Source: an uncultured Syntrophales bacterium (GTDB lineage Bacteria; Desulfobacterota; Syntrophia; Syntrophales; JADFWA01). Taken from it: 45,426 nucleotides of DNA. Location of the stretch: contig CAZZBF010000001.1 in the NCBI GenBank assembly GCA_964652795.1, forward strand, positions 49,593-95,018. The letters run 5' to 3'. This document shows, piece by piece, positions 29,672 through 39,619 of this stretch; positions within the stretch are counted from its first letter, which is position 1, and each line of letters begins with the position of its first letter. The position numbers and the translations under genes are program-made. The notes under the pieces were generated by a model, which ran no database searches, was not told the DNA's origin, and saw only the letters and a list, made by a program, of their open reading frames with translations.

Positions 29672-31195
29672 TCAATCTCCGGCATGCTTAATTCCGAGAA
29701 TGCGCAATTCCTCGCTGTTCATGCCCACACCTCTCAATCGATTTCTATTTCCCCTTATCGCCTCTATAGCACTGATTCCCATGGACCCCATCAGTTCCTT
29801 GATCTCCTCTCCCCAAGCATGGAGGAGGTTTTTCAATGCCTCTGCCGCCTCACCCACATCGATCCTCTCAGCCAATCCCGGTTTGTTTGTCGTAATTCCG
29901 TACGGACACTTGCCGGTAAAGCACCGCTGGCACATACCGCATCCCAGTGATATGAGAACCGGTGTGGCTACATAAACCGCGTCAGCGCCAAGACAGATAG
30001 CTTTCAAAACATCTGAAGAACTTTGAATCCCTCCCGATGCAACAAGACTGACTTTATTCCTGATACCCTCTTCGGTCAATCGTCTGTCTGCTGCAGAAAT
30101 GGCAAGTTCAATAGGAATCCCCGTATTCTGGCGGATCTGAAGCGGCGTTGCGCCTGTACCGCCTCGAAAACCATCGATGGCGATAATATCCGCCCCGGCT
30201 CGGGCAATACCGCTTGCAATGGGAGCAACATTGTTAACGGCTGAAATCTTTACTGAAACCGGAATCTTGTAGTCAGTTGCCTCTTTTATTGCAAAAATGA
30301 GCTGTCTCAAATCTTCGATCGAATAAATGTCGTGATGAGGTGCCGGCGACAACGCATCGGTGCCTTCCGGGATCATCCGCGTCTGCGATATCGCTTCCGA
30401 GACCTTCTCCCCCGGAAGATGGCCGCCTATCCCAGGCTTTGCTCCCTGCCCTATTTTTATCTCCACTGCCGCAGCCGATTTCAGGTAGTCCTCGCTTACA
30501 CCAAATCGGCCTGACGCTACCTGGACGATTGTATTCTGTCCGTACTGTCTCAGTTTCTGATGAAAACCGCCTTCTCCCGTATTCCAGTAGGTTCCAACTT
30601 CCTTTGTCGCTATTGCTTCCGCTTCCTGGACGCGAAGATTCACGGCCCCAAAACTCATGGCTCCAAACATTATAGGAACTTCAAGCTGAAGCTGCGGACC
30701 AACTTCTCCCCCATAGTGGTCAGATTTGCCTCCAAGATATCGTCGAATCTCCATCGGTTCCCGGAGCGGATCTATCGAAGGGTTCGTTACCTGACAGGCA
30801 TCGAACATCATATGGTCAAAGTATCTCTTTTGAGGGCCTGTAGCCCCGGTTCCAACCAACAAAACGCCGCCTTTCGATCCCGCCTGGCGCCAGATATTGC
30901 TGACATGATGGGGCGTCCAGTACCCATGAGACGTATGCATAGGTTGATTAACAACGTGAATTGCTCGGTGAGGACACATTTTGACACATCTCTGGCATGC
31001 ATTGCAGGCGCTCATATTCGCCCACGGTTGATAGAGGACAGTACCGTTTCTCCCCTTGACAGGTTTCAGCGATATTTCTCCGAAGGAACATTCACCCACA
31101 CAGATCCGGCACCCGTTTTCATAGTCACACCGCAACAGGTCGAACTCTGGATAAAACGAAGGCATTATTTTCCAGTTATTCTTCATGTGAGCCAT
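29672..31195 (-). CDS. Glutamate synthase FMN-binding catalytic domain protein (archaeal-type GltB domain 2) with an N-terminal 2x[4Fe-4S] ferredoxin
   Basis: CRICVGECSFGEI...CNACQRCVKMCP, then a GltB central-domain signature (GAMSFGAVNLRVQEAEAIATKEVGTYWNTGEGG...VKISAVNNVAPIASGIARAGADIIAIDGFRGGTGATP). The ATG shares one nucleotide with the upstream gene's TAA. Confidence 0.85.
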   Translation of the reverse strand: MAHMKNNWKIMPSFYPEFDLLRCDYENGCRICVGECSFGEISLKPVKGRNGTVLYQPWANMSACNACQRCVKMCPHRAIHVVNQPMHTSHGYWTPHHVSNIWRQAGSKGGVLLVGTGATGPQKRYFDHMMFDACQVTNPSIDPLREPMEIRRYLGGKSDHYGGEVGPQLQLEVPIMFGAMSFGAVNLRVQEAEAIATKEVGTYWNTGEGGFHQKLRQYGQNTIVQVASGRFGVSEDYLKSAAAVEIKIGQGAKPGIGGHLPGEKVSEAISQTRMIPEGTDALSPAPHHDIYSIEDLRQLIFAIKEATDYKIPVSVKISAVNNVAPIASGIARAGADIIAIDGFRGGTGATPLQIRQNTGIPIELAISAADRRLTEEGIRNKVSLVASGGIQSSSDVLKAICLGADAVYVATPVLISLGCGMCQRCFTGKCPYGITTNKPGLAERIDVGEAAEALKNLLHAWGEEIKELMGSMGISAIEAIRGNRNRLRGVGMNSEELRILGIKHAGD

Positions 31196-32259
31196 TATGC
31201 TGTCCCTTGATCTGTTTCCTTTTGTATTTCGATGATGACCGGTTCGCCACCTCTGGGTGACCAGAGGCTTTCCACTTCAGGAGATAATAATCTGATACTG
31301 CACTCCTCGGACGATGCATAATAGGTATTGCCCGATCTGGCACAGACAACGGGACGGAGTTTATTCCTGTCATTCAGGACAATCGCACCGTCTTTGTGGG
31401 TCAGGACGATTCCGAACGGACCGTTCACAATAGCAGGACCGTAAATCTGTCGAAGATATCTCTTTTTTTTATCATTCGTCCTGTCTATTTCTTCCCAGAG
31501 CGATGGTGCCATGACATAGCATGCGTCTTCATCTGAGAGCCCATCTTTTCTTGTAAGTTTATCGAAGATGTAAGAAATTACCTCTGTATCCGTCTGCAAC
31601 ATGCAATAGTATCCGTACATCTGAAGCCACCGAAGATTCGTCCCATAACTGGTTATCTCTCCGTTGTGAACCACTGTCTTATCAAGAATCGTAAAGGGAT
31701 GGGCACCACCCCACCAACCAGGTGTATTGGTAGGAAACCTGTTATGAGCTACCCACATATACCCGGCATAATCCTGTATTCCGAAGTAGTCCGCAATATC
31801 TTCGGGATAGCCCACACCCTTGAAAACTCCGAGATCTTTTCCTGACGATACTACAAATACGCCTTCCATCTTGTTGATAGTCATAACGAGATCAACGATG
31901 TAATCCGCTTCGGTCTGTTGAGGTGATAAAAATTCCTTGATAGGTTTTAAAAAGTATCTTTTAAAATACGGTCCCTTCGGAATACGCTCGTTCGGATATA
32001 CGGGAATCTGCTCCGACTGGGTAATGTTCGTCCTGCTTGCCAGGTAATCTTCAACAACCGGTATAACGGAACTATTGCGATCCCCTTCGTACATGACGTG
32101 AAAAGCGTATTTATCCTTGTGATCAGGATAACAGCCATAGACAGCAAAGCCGCCACCAAGGCCGTTTCCCCTTTCCCGCTGGATTCGTATGGCTTCCCTG
32201 ATATGACTTCCATCAATAATCTGCCCATCGGTATTAACAATGCCAACGATTCCGCACAT
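31195..32259 (-). CDS. Glutamate synthase class-II glutamine amidotransferase domain protein (archaeal-type GltB domain 1)
   Basis: MCGIVGIV Ntn-cysteine start. Stand-alone ~354-aa GATase-2 domain. Confidence 0.85.
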   Translation of the reverse strand: MCGIVGIVNTDGQIIDGSHIREAIRIQRERGNGLGGGFAVYGCYPDHKDKYAFHVMYEGDRNSSVIPVVEDYLASRTNITQSEQIPVYPNERIPKGPYFKRYFLKPIKEFLSPQQTEADYIVDLVMTINKMEGVFVVSSGKDLGVFKGVGYPEDIADYFGIQDYAGYMWVAHNRFPTNTPGWWGGAHPFTILDKTVVHNGEITSYGTNLRWLQMYGYYCMLQTDTEVISYIFDKLTRKDGLSDEDACYVMAPSLWEEIDRTNDKKKRYLRQIYGPAIVNGPFGIVLTHKDGAIVLNDRNKLRPVVCARSGNTYYASSEECSIRLLSPEVESLWSPRGGEPVIIEIQKETDQGTA

Positions 32260-32290
32260 TGATGTATCTCCTTAGGTCGTTTTTGTAAAA

Positions 32291-33004
32291 TTACCTGCTT
32301 ACTCCGGTTTTCGAGGACTGACGGCACAAATCCACCAGCCACATGAAGTTTGAATAGATCATTTTTGCCTGGGCAAAAAAATCACGCTCTATTCCTCTAT
32401 ATACATCGATATACTCATGCAGTTCCGGTTTACCGTTAAACCATTCCATCAATATATCAGATGTAATCTCAACGTGGAACTGAAGGCCATACGCGTTACC
32501 ATAACGGAAACCCTGATTAGGACATCCATTTGCGGTTGCGAGTAATAGCCCTCCATGAGGAATTTCAAATGTGTCCTCGTGCCATTGAAACACTTTCATC
32601 ACATCCGGCAGTCCCTGAAAGAGAATATCTTGTTTCCCTTCATCGGTTACGAAGACATTTTTCCAGCCAAGCTCTTGCTCTGAAGCCTTCACTACCCTAG
32701 CGCCACAGACCCTGGCGATCAGCTGAGCACCCAAACAAATTCCAAGGATGGGAATATTGCTCTCTATGGCCTGCTCCAGAAACTCGGCTTCTCTTCGCAA
32801 AAAGGGGTATTTGTCTTCCTCATGAACATTCATCGGTCCGCCCAGAGATATGATGGCATCATATCTCTGGGCGACGGCAGGAATTCTTTCGTCTTTATAC
32901 AGCTTAACCGCTTTGATGCTTGCACCACAATATTTCAGAAACTCTTCAAGAGTACCCGCTCCTTCCGATGCGGCATGAGTAATGACGAGTACTTTTTTTT
33001 TCAT
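32291..33004 (-). CDS. Class-I glutamine amidotransferase (GuaA-N-terminal-like stand-alone GATase1)
   Basis: [12 protein letters not shown] catalytic Cys motif and downstream HED/HVE residues. ATG at 33004, 5 nt after the glnA stop. The listed longer ORF start is TTG. Confidence 0.7.
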   Translation of the reverse strand: MKKKVLVITHAASEGAGTLEEFLKYCGASIKAVKLYKDERIPAVAQRYDAIISLGGPMNVHEEDKYPFLRREAEFLEQAIESNIPILGICLGAQLIARVCGARVVKASEQELGWKNVFVTDEGKQDILFQGLPDVMKVFQWHEDTFEIPHGGLLLATANGCPNQGFRYGNAYGLQFHVEITSDILMEWFNGKPELHEYIDVYRGIERDFFAQAKMIYSNFMWLVDLCRQSSKTGVSR

Positions 33005-33009
33005 TATAA

Positions 33010-34344
33010 TCAAAGAATTGGCAAATATTTTTCCAGTTCATAATCACTGACATGCGTCCTGTATCTGTCCCATTCGATCTTTTTATTCGCAATGAACTTT
33101 CCAAATATATGGTCACCGAGAGCTTCACGAACGAGATCGCTTCCCTCAGTATATTGTATAGCTTCTCCAAGACTTCCCGGTAACGCCTCGATTCCTTTGG
33201 CCTCGCGTTCGGCAGGCGTCATTTCGAAAATATCTTCCTCTATCGGTGCAGGCAGTTCATACCCTTCTTCAATTCCTTTAAGTCCGGCAGCCAGCATGAC
33301 TGAAAAGGCAAGATATGGATTACAGGCAGGATCAGGACAACGAAACTCCATTCGCGTGGCATTTGCCTTACCCGGTTTGTACATGGGAACACGGATAAGA
33401 GCGGATCGATTTCTCCTTGCCCATGATATATAAACCGGCGCCTCGTAGCCCGGCACGAGCCTCTTGTATGAGTTCACCCATTGAGCAACAACTGAAGACA
33501 GTTCAGTCGCATGTTTCAGAAGTCCCGCAATATAACTTTTGCCGATACCTGATAAAAAATATTTATCTTTTTCATCAAAGAAGGCATTATCCGATCCTTT
33601 AAAAAGGGACTGGTGCACGTGCATTCCACTTCCATTTTCACCAAACACCGGTTTTGGCATAAAGGTTGCGTAAACGCCATGCGACATCGCTACTTCCTTG
33701 ACTGTAAGACGATATGTCATAGCCGCATCCGCCATTGAAAGCGCATCCGTGTATCGCAGGTCAATTTCATGCTGGCTGGGAGCCACTTCGTGATGGCTGT
33801 ATTCTACTTGGATTCCCATATCCTCGAGGGTTAAAATTGTGTCTCGCCGGAGATCACTTCCAGCGTCTAAAGGCGTAAGATCAAAATAACCGCCGCGATC
33901 AAGATATTCCGGTTTTCCATAGGCACTCTTGAAATAGAAAAACTCAAGCTCCGGTCCTACATTCATTGTATATCCCATATCAGCAGCCTTTTTTACGTTC
34001 CGTTTCAGAGCATAGCGGGGGTCACCTTCATAGGGGGTACCGTCTGGTTTTAGAACATCACAAAACATACGGGCTACATTCATCTCCTCGCTGGCGCGCC
34101 AGGGAAGAATAACAAAAGTCTCCGGATCAGGTTTTGCCATCATATCACTCTCTTCAATTCTCGCAAATCCCTCAATTGACGACCCATCAAAGCCCATACC
34201 TTCCGCGAAAGCACCTTCCAACTCAGATGGTGAAATAGCGAAGCTCTTTAAAAAACCTAATACATCAGTAAACCATATACGGATAAACTTTACATTTTTG
34301 TCCTTTACTTCTTTCAACACATATTCCACATCTTTTTTTGCCAT
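33010..34344 (-). CDS. glnA: Glutamine synthetase type I-alpha (444 aa, Bacillus-like)
   Basis: MAKKDVEYVLKEVKDKNVKFIRIWFTDVLG...FDGSSIEGFARIEESDMMAKPDPETFVILPW, MHVHQSLF and RVPMYKPGKANATRMEFRCPDPACNPYLAFSVMLAAGL. Its length of 444 aa, versus 473 aa for the second GS in this window, indicates the insertion-free I-alpha form. Confidence 0.85.
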   Translation of the reverse strand: MAKKDVEYVLKEVKDKNVKFIRIWFTDVLGFLKSFAISPSELEGAFAEGMGFDGSSIEGFARIEESDMMAKPDPETFVILPWRASEEMNVARMFCDVLKPDGTPYEGDPRYALKRNVKKAADMGYTMNVGPELEFFYFKSAYGKPEYLDRGGYFDLTPLDAGSDLRRDTILTLEDMGIQVEYSHHEVAPSQHEIDLRYTDALSMADAAMTYRLTVKEVAMSHGVYATFMPKPVFGENGSGMHVHQSLFKGSDNAFFDEKDKYFLSGIGKSYIAGLLKHATELSSVVAQWVNSYKRLVPGYEAPVYISWARRNRSALIRVPMYKPGKANATRMEFRCPDPACNPYLAFSVMLAAGLKGIEEGYELPAPIEEDIFEMTPAEREAKGIEALPGSLGEAIQYTEGSDLVREALGDHIFGKFIANKKIEWDRYRTHVSDYELEKYLPIL

Positions 34345-34489
34345 TTCTAATCTCCTTCAATTTTCAGTATCCGTTAATTCTATTTTCCCGACTACCCTTA
34401 ATCAGGTATAACATCTCTTCGGGACAAATTAGTTGCTTGATTACAATTGAAAATCTCTAAACATAGCTACCTATTCACAGTTTGTAATA

Positions 34490-34505
34490 GGCAACATGTG
34501 TGCCA
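34490..34505 (-). promoter_or_regulatory. Sigma54 (-24/-12) promoter for the GS-GOGAT-amidotransferase operon
   Basis: The minus strand reads TGGCAC-acatg-TTGCC (GG-N10-GC), about 145 nt upstream of the glnA ATG at 34344. Confidence 0.55.
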
Positions 34506-34638
34506 GATGACGAACATAAGATTGAAACAGGTTATCCTATTGATATTTTTACTGATATATTAACGTGATCGGTTGTCTTAGGAAAAATGCCGAGGAAATA
34601 AATTACATTTATGTAGGATTATGCGATGATGTCTACTT

Positions 34639-36210
34639 TTAGGTACGATATCGCTTGGTGTTTATATTAAATTTCTGTATCCGGAGACCGATAATCCTTT
34701 CACTTGTGCCGAGTATTTGTGCCGCCTTTGCTATATTTCCGCGGGTTGTCTTGAGTGCATCCATTATCAAATCTCTCTCCAGTCCCTCCAGCTCACCTTG
34801 AAGGGTACCATAGGGAATTGTACCCGTAGACGTTGATGTCTGAAGCGTTGGCGGGAGGTGGTATCCGTAAATAACACCTTCATTGCTGAGAAGTACGGCA
34901 CGCTCAATACAATTCTCCAGTTCCCGTACATTACCCGGCCAGTGGTAGCTCATAAGCATATCGATCGCGTGAGTACACGTTCGCTGAATCCTCTTATTAT
35001 TCGCTTTAGCGTATCTCTCCACAAAAAAGTCAGTGAGCAGCAATATGTCTGTTTTCCGCTCACGAAGCGGCGGGATATAGATAGGAAAGACATTCAATCG
35101 GTAATATAAATCCTCCCTGAATTTCCCTTCTTCCATCAGCTTTTCAAGGTTTCGATTCGTTGCGGCAATAATTCGTACATCGACTTTTATCGTGGTTGTC
35201 GCACCAACTCTTTCAAATTCCCGTTCCTGAAGCACCCTCAATAACCGTATCTGAACCATGGGTGGAAGATCTCCCACCTCGTCGAGGAAGATGGTGCCTC
35301 CCTGTGCCATTTCAAATCGACCTTTCCTCTCATGCGTTGCACCGGTAAAAGCGCCTTTCTCATGTCCGAATAGTTCGCTTTCCAGGACAGTCTCCGGTAA
35401 GGCCGCACAATTTACCTTTATGAAAGGTTTATTTGCCCTCAGGCTATTATAATGAATCGCGTTTGCTACTAATTCCTTACCGGTTCCACTCTCACCACGA
35501 ATCATAACGGTAGCGTTGCTTTTAGAGACCTGCGCGATAAGGTCATAGACCTCTTTCATACCCTTCGATTTTCCGATGATATTTGATGGTTCAAAGCGTT
35601 CCTTCAGCTCACTTTGCAGGCGCAGATTTTCTTGAATAAGTATTTCACGTTCTTCCTGTATCTCCTGACGAAGCCGTACTGCCTGAGCTACCATTGACGC
35701 AATAATTGAGAGCAGGCGCACATCCTCTTTGAGGGATATGGACCCCTCAAAGAGTCTGTCGGCACTCAGCGTGCCGATCACCTCCGCCCCTATTTTTATC
35801 GGTACACATATAAATGAAATATCCTCTTTTTTGAGGTCTTTACGGGCACCGGTTCTGTCTAAAAACATCGGCTCATTGGAAATGTGCGGAACTATGACGG
35901 GTTGACCCGTCTCCACAACTTTGCCTATAACACCCTCACCTATCTGATATCTTCCTCTTCTTCGCTGTAATTCCGATAGGCCATGAGCCGCTTCCATATA
36001 AATCTCTTCCGTTCTTCGATTAACGAGGGTCAGCGCACCCCGCGCCATGCCCATCCTTTCCGCCAGCGCATTCAATACAGGCCCCACCACTTCACGAAGG
36101 TCCATGCTGCGCCCGAGCGCCTGACTGACCTCCCAGAGAAGTTTAAGCTCCTTGATTTCTCTGTTGGATTTAACTTCCTTCTCTTCTTCAATACTTACCA
36201 TACTTACCAT
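34639..36210 (-). CDS. Sigma54-dependent transcriptional activator with GAF, AAA+ and Fis-type HTH domains (NifA-like architecture)
   Basis: N-terminal GAF ([19 protein letters not shown]...), then an AAA+ sigma54-interaction domain ([35 protein letters not shown]) and a C-terminal HTH ([16 protein letters not shown]). AGGAG RBS lies 9 nt upstream of the ATG at 36210. Confidence 0.85.
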   Translation of the reverse strand: MVSMVSIEEEKEVKSNREIKELKLLWEVSQALGRSMDLREVVGPVLNALAERMGMARGALTLVNRRTEEIYMEAAHGLSELQRRRGRYQIGEGVIGKVVETGQPVIVPHISNEPMFLDRTGARKDLKKEDISFICVPIKIGAEVIGTLSADRLFEGSISLKEDVRLLSIIASMVAQAVRLRQEIQEEREILIQENLRLQSELKERFEPSNIIGKSKGMKEVYDLIAQVSKSNATVMIRGESGTGKELVANAIHYNSLRANKPFIKVNCAALPETVLESELFGHEKGAFTGATHERKGRFEMAQGGTIFLDEVGDLPPMVQIRLLRVLQEREFERVGATTTIKVDVRIIAATNRNLEKLMEEGKFREDLYYRLNVFPIYIPPLRERKTDILLLTDFFVERYAKANNKRIQRTCTHAIDMLMSYHWPGNVRELENCIERAVLLSNEGVIYGYHLPPTLQTSTSTGTIPYGTLQGELEGLERDLIMDALKTTRGNIAKAAQILGTSERIIGLRIQKFNINTKRYRT

Positions 36211-36504
36211 AAAGAACTACTCCTTTATGTAAAAACAGTTTTGACACAAAATTCGATGCTGAATAATACCATAATGTAGAACCTGCATCAAATTTATTTT
36301 AGGGAAATCTCAATTAAGTAAGCTTCTATTCTACCGGACCATACAATACTGCCCTCAAACCATCAGACACCACCCTTATACCACAAATATGTTTAATTGA
36401 ACAATTTGTACCACCATTATGTAAGATACTTAGATGGGATAATAAGTGGTAATTTCTCATGTGTTGCTTTACATGTCAGTATGTTACATTTTTAATTGGC
36501 CTAT

Positions 36505-36520
36505 TGGCACCATATTTGCT
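36505..36520 (+). promoter_or_regulatory. Sigma54 (-24/-12) promoter for the amtB-glnB-glnA operon
   Basis: TGGCAC-catat-TTGCT (GG-N10-GC), about 50 nt upstream of the amtB ATG. Imperfect inverted-repeat arms GTACCACCATTAT (36408-36420) and ATAAGTGGTAAT (36442-36453) lie 60-100 bp upstream as a candidate UAS. Confidence 0.6.
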
Positions 36521-36569
36521 TAGCACCAAATTGTAGTATTTGCGATAAATCAATTTGGAGGTTTTTGGA

Positions 36570-37796
36570 ATGAGTTCAGGTAATACAGCATGGGTATTGT
36601 TGTCTTCAGCTTTAGTTCTAATTATGACACCGGGAGTAGCTCTTTTTTACGGAGGTTTGGCGAGAAGAAAGAATATTCTCTCCATTTTAATGCAATGCTT
36701 CTTCATTATTTGTCTTGTCGGACTACAGTGGGTTTTATACGGATATTCTCTGGCTTTTGCCCCCGACGCCGGTCACGGTCTTATAGGAGGCTTACAATGG
36801 GTGGGCTTGACCAATGTTGGTCAACTTCCCGGTCCATACTCAGATAAGATTCCTCATCTTGCCTTCATGATCTTCCAGGCTATGTTTGCGATTATCACAC
36901 CTGCTCTGATGGTCGGGGCATTCGCCGAAAGGATTAAATTCTCCGCTTTTGCCATTATGATGCTCCTCTGGTCAACCTTTGTGTACGATCCGATCGCGCA
37001 CTGGGTATGGGGAGGTGGCTGGCTCGCAAATATTGGTGCCCTTGACTTTGCCGGCGGTATTGTCGTTCACGTCAGTTCCGGTGTATCCGCTCTTGTCATG
37101 GCAATTTTAATCGGGAAGCGTTGCGGTTATGATAAACAGCTGTTCACACCGCATAACTTGCCACTTACAGTACTGGGAGGCGCACTTCTCTGGTTCGGCT
37201 GGTTCGGATTTAATGCCGGCAGTGCCCTCGAAGCAAATGGTCTTGCCGCAAATGCTTTCGTGACAACAAACACTGCGACCGCTGCCGCAGGTCTTACCTG
37301 GGCACTGATAGAATGGCAGAGACATGGTGTTCCCACAGTTCTCGGCATTGTATCAGGAGCGCTCGCCGGACTCGTGGCTATTACCCCTGCATGCGGTTTC
37401 GTAAGTCCCCTTTCTTCAATATTCATCGGAGTTTTTGCGGCTGTCTTCTGCTATATGGCTGTAACAATTTTGAAACCAAAGTTGGGTTACGATGATTCTC
37501 TGGATGTTTTCGGAATCCATGGTGTTGGTGGCATGTGGGGTACGATTGCAACAGGAATATTTGCCAGCATCGCCATTAATGAGGGTGGCGCAAACGGCCT
37601 TCTCTACGGAAACGCCAAGCTATTTATTGTCCAAGGTATATATATGCTTTCATGTATTGTTTATGCAGTTGTCATGACCTGGATTCTTTTTAAATTCGTC
37701 GATGCCCTGTTCGGCATGAGAGTGGAAAAACAGGATGAGTTGATCGGCCTCGATTTAACACAGCACAAGGAAGCTGCATATACCCTTTTGGAATAG
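36570..37796 (+). CDS. amtB: Ammonium transporter AmtB
   Basis: AWVLLSSALVLIMTPGVALFYGGLARRKN... with multiple TM helices. Start placed at ATG 36570, with GGAGG 8 nt upstream. The listed ORF start 36555 is TTG. Confidence 0.9.
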   Translation: MSSGNTAWVLLSSALVLIMTPGVALFYGGLARRKNILSILMQCFFIICLVGLQWVLYGYSLAFAPDAGHGLIGGLQWVGLTNVGQLPGPYSDKIPHLAFMIFQAMFAIITPALMVGAFAERIKFSAFAIMMLLWSTFVYDPIAHWVWGGGWLANIGALDFAGGIVVHVSSGVSALVMAILIGKRCGYDKQLFTPHNLPLTVLGGALLWFGWFGFNAGSALEANGLAANAFVTTNTATAAAGLTWALIEWQRHGVPTVLGIVSGALAGLVAITPACGFVSPLSSIFIGVFAAVFCYMAVTILKPKLGYDDSLDVFGIHGVGGMWGTIATGIFASIAINEGGANGLLYGNAKLFIVQGIYMLSCIVYAVVMTWILFKFVDALFGMRVEKQDELIGLDLTQHKEAAYTLLE

Positions 37797-37807
37797 GAGG
37801 ATTAACA

Positions 37808-38146
37808 ATGAAATATGTCGTCGCAATTATTCAACCCCACAAGTTGGAAGAAGTAAAACAAGCCCTTGAAAATGTGGAAGTTCATTTGATGACCGTATCT
37901 AATGTCCTCGGTAGGGGAAGACAAAAAGGATTTGCCGAGGTTTATCGTAGCGTCAAGGAAGTCGGTCTTCTGAAGAAACTAAAAATCGAGATTGCCATTA
38001 ATGAAGATTTTGTCGAACCAACAATCGATGCAATCACAAAAGGGGCATTTTCCGGAAATCCCGGCGACGGAAAGATATTTGTTCTCGATCTCCATGATGT
38101 CGTTCGTATCGGTACCGGTGAACGGGGCGGAAAAGCAATCGGGTAA
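37808..38146 (+). CDS. glnK: Nitrogen regulatory protein PII (GlnB/GlnK)
   Basis: MKYVVAIIQPHKLEEVKQAL...GRGRQKGFAEVYRSV (T-loop with Tyr)...GDGKIFVLDLHDVVRIGTGE, 112 aa. AGGAGG RBS is present. It is 11 nt after amtB. Confidence 0.9.
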   Translation: MKYVVAIIQPHKLEEVKQALENVEVHLMTVSNVLGRGRQKGFAEVYRSVKEVGLLKKLKIEIAINEDFVEPTIDAITKGAFSGNPGDGKIFVLDLHDVVRIGTGERGGKAIG

Positions 38147-38173
38147 CTTACAAGAATAGAAGGAGTTATGTTT

Positions 38174-39589
38174 ATGGGCGCTAAAGAATTAACAAAATTA
38201 GCAAAAGAAAAGAAGCTGGAATTCATTGATTTGAAGTTTACCGATATTCCCGGCCTGTGGCAGCATATAACCATACCAATTCAAGAACTTGATGAAGGTC
38301 TTTTTATTAATGGTATCGGTTTCGATGGTTCGAGTATCCGTGGGTTCCAACCAATAAACGAAAGCGATATGCTGATTAAACCGGATCCCCAGTCGGCCTT
38401 TATTGACCCGTTTATGGAAGATCCGACATTAAGTATGATTTGCAATGTCTCAGATCCTCTTTCCCATATCCCCTATTCGCGGGATCCACGAAACGTTGCT
38501 AGGAAAGCCGAGCGATACCTGTCGGCCACGGGCATTGCCGATCAGGCATTCTTTGGTCCCGAACCCGAATTTTATGTGTTTGACGATATCCGTTTTGACC
38601 AAACTCATAATACCGGGTATTACGCAATCGACTCGAAAGAAGGTTTCTGGAATTCGGGCAAACGAGAAGAACCAAACCTCGGTTATAAGCCCCGATACAA
38701 GGAAGGATATTTTCCGGTTCCGCCGACAGACAGTCTGCACAACCTCAGGGCAAAGATGTCGAAAGTCATGAACGAAGTCGGTATTGATGTCATACTTCAC
38801 CACCACGAGGTGGCCACTGCTGGACAGTGTGAAATTGGTGTTAATGTTAACACCCTGGTTAACAGTGGGGACATTCTTATGAAATTCAAGTATGTGGTAA
38901 AGAATGTTGCTCTGGCTTACGGTAAGACGGTCACGTTCATGCCTAAACCACTTTTTATGGACAATGGATCTGGAATGCATGTCCATCAGAGCCTATGGAG
39001 AGCGGGGAAAAATAAATTTTATGATCCTGATGGTTATGGTGGATTGAGCCGCATGGGGATTCACTACATCGGCGGATTGCTTCATCATGCGCCATCTCTA
39101 CTTGCTATCACGTCACCAACGACAAATTCTTATCGGAGGCTCGTCCCGGGCTATGAAGCACCGATAAACCTCGTTTATTCAAAGAGAAACCGGAGTGCCT
39201 GTGTTCGAATTCCCATGTACTCACAAAGCGAAAAGTCTAAGAGAATCGAATTTCGCCCGCCGGACTGCTCCTGCAACCCCTATCTGGCACTGGCCGCTAT
39301 GCTTATGGCAGGGCTGGATGGCATTGAAAACGAGATAGAACCCCCCGCTCCCATCGAGACAGATATTTTTGAGCTTTCGGGGGAAGAGAGAAAAGACATG
39401 CAATCCACGCCCGGCTCATTGGAAGAGGCCTTGGATAATCTCGAAAATGACCATGATTATCTTTTGAAGGGCGATGTCTTTACTGAGGATCTTCTTAAAA
39501 TGTGGATAGGATATAAGAGAAAGCGTGAGGTGGATCAGATACGGCTTCGTCCTCACCCATATGAATTTGCCCTTTATTACGATATTTAA
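38174..39589 (+). CDS. glnA: Glutamine synthetase type I-beta
   Basis: [11 protein letters not shown]...FDGSSIRGF...MHVHQSLW...[39 protein letters not shown]. The adenylylation-loop Tyr of the enterobacterial enzyme (NLYDLP) is replaced here by Phe (DIFELS). Start taken at the second ATG, 38174, for better SD spacing. Confidence 0.9.
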   Translation: MGAKELTKLAKEKKLEFIDLKFTDIPGLWQHITIPIQELDEGLFINGIGFDGSSIRGFQPINESDMLIKPDPQSAFIDPFMEDPTLSMICNVSDPLSHIPYSRDPRNVARKAERYLSATGIADQAFFGPEPEFYVFDDIRFDQTHNTGYYAIDSKEGFWNSGKREEPNLGYKPRYKEGYFPVPPTDSLHNLRAKMSKVMNEVGIDVILHHHEVATAGQCEIGVNVNTLVNSGDILMKFKYVVKNVALAYGKTVTFMPKPLFMDNGSGMHVHQSLWRAGKNKFYDPDGYGGLSRMGIHYIGGLLHHAPSLLAITSPTTNSYRRLVPGYEAPINLVYSKRNRSACVRIPMYSQSEKSKRIEFRPPDCSCNPYLALAAMLMAGLDGIENEIEPPAPIETDIFELSGEERKDMQSTPGSLEEALDNLENDHDYLLKGDVFTEDLLKMWIGYKRKREVDQIRLRPHPYEFALYYDI

Positions 39590-39619
39590 AAAATTACAAT
39601 AAATCAGGAGGTTAAAATC

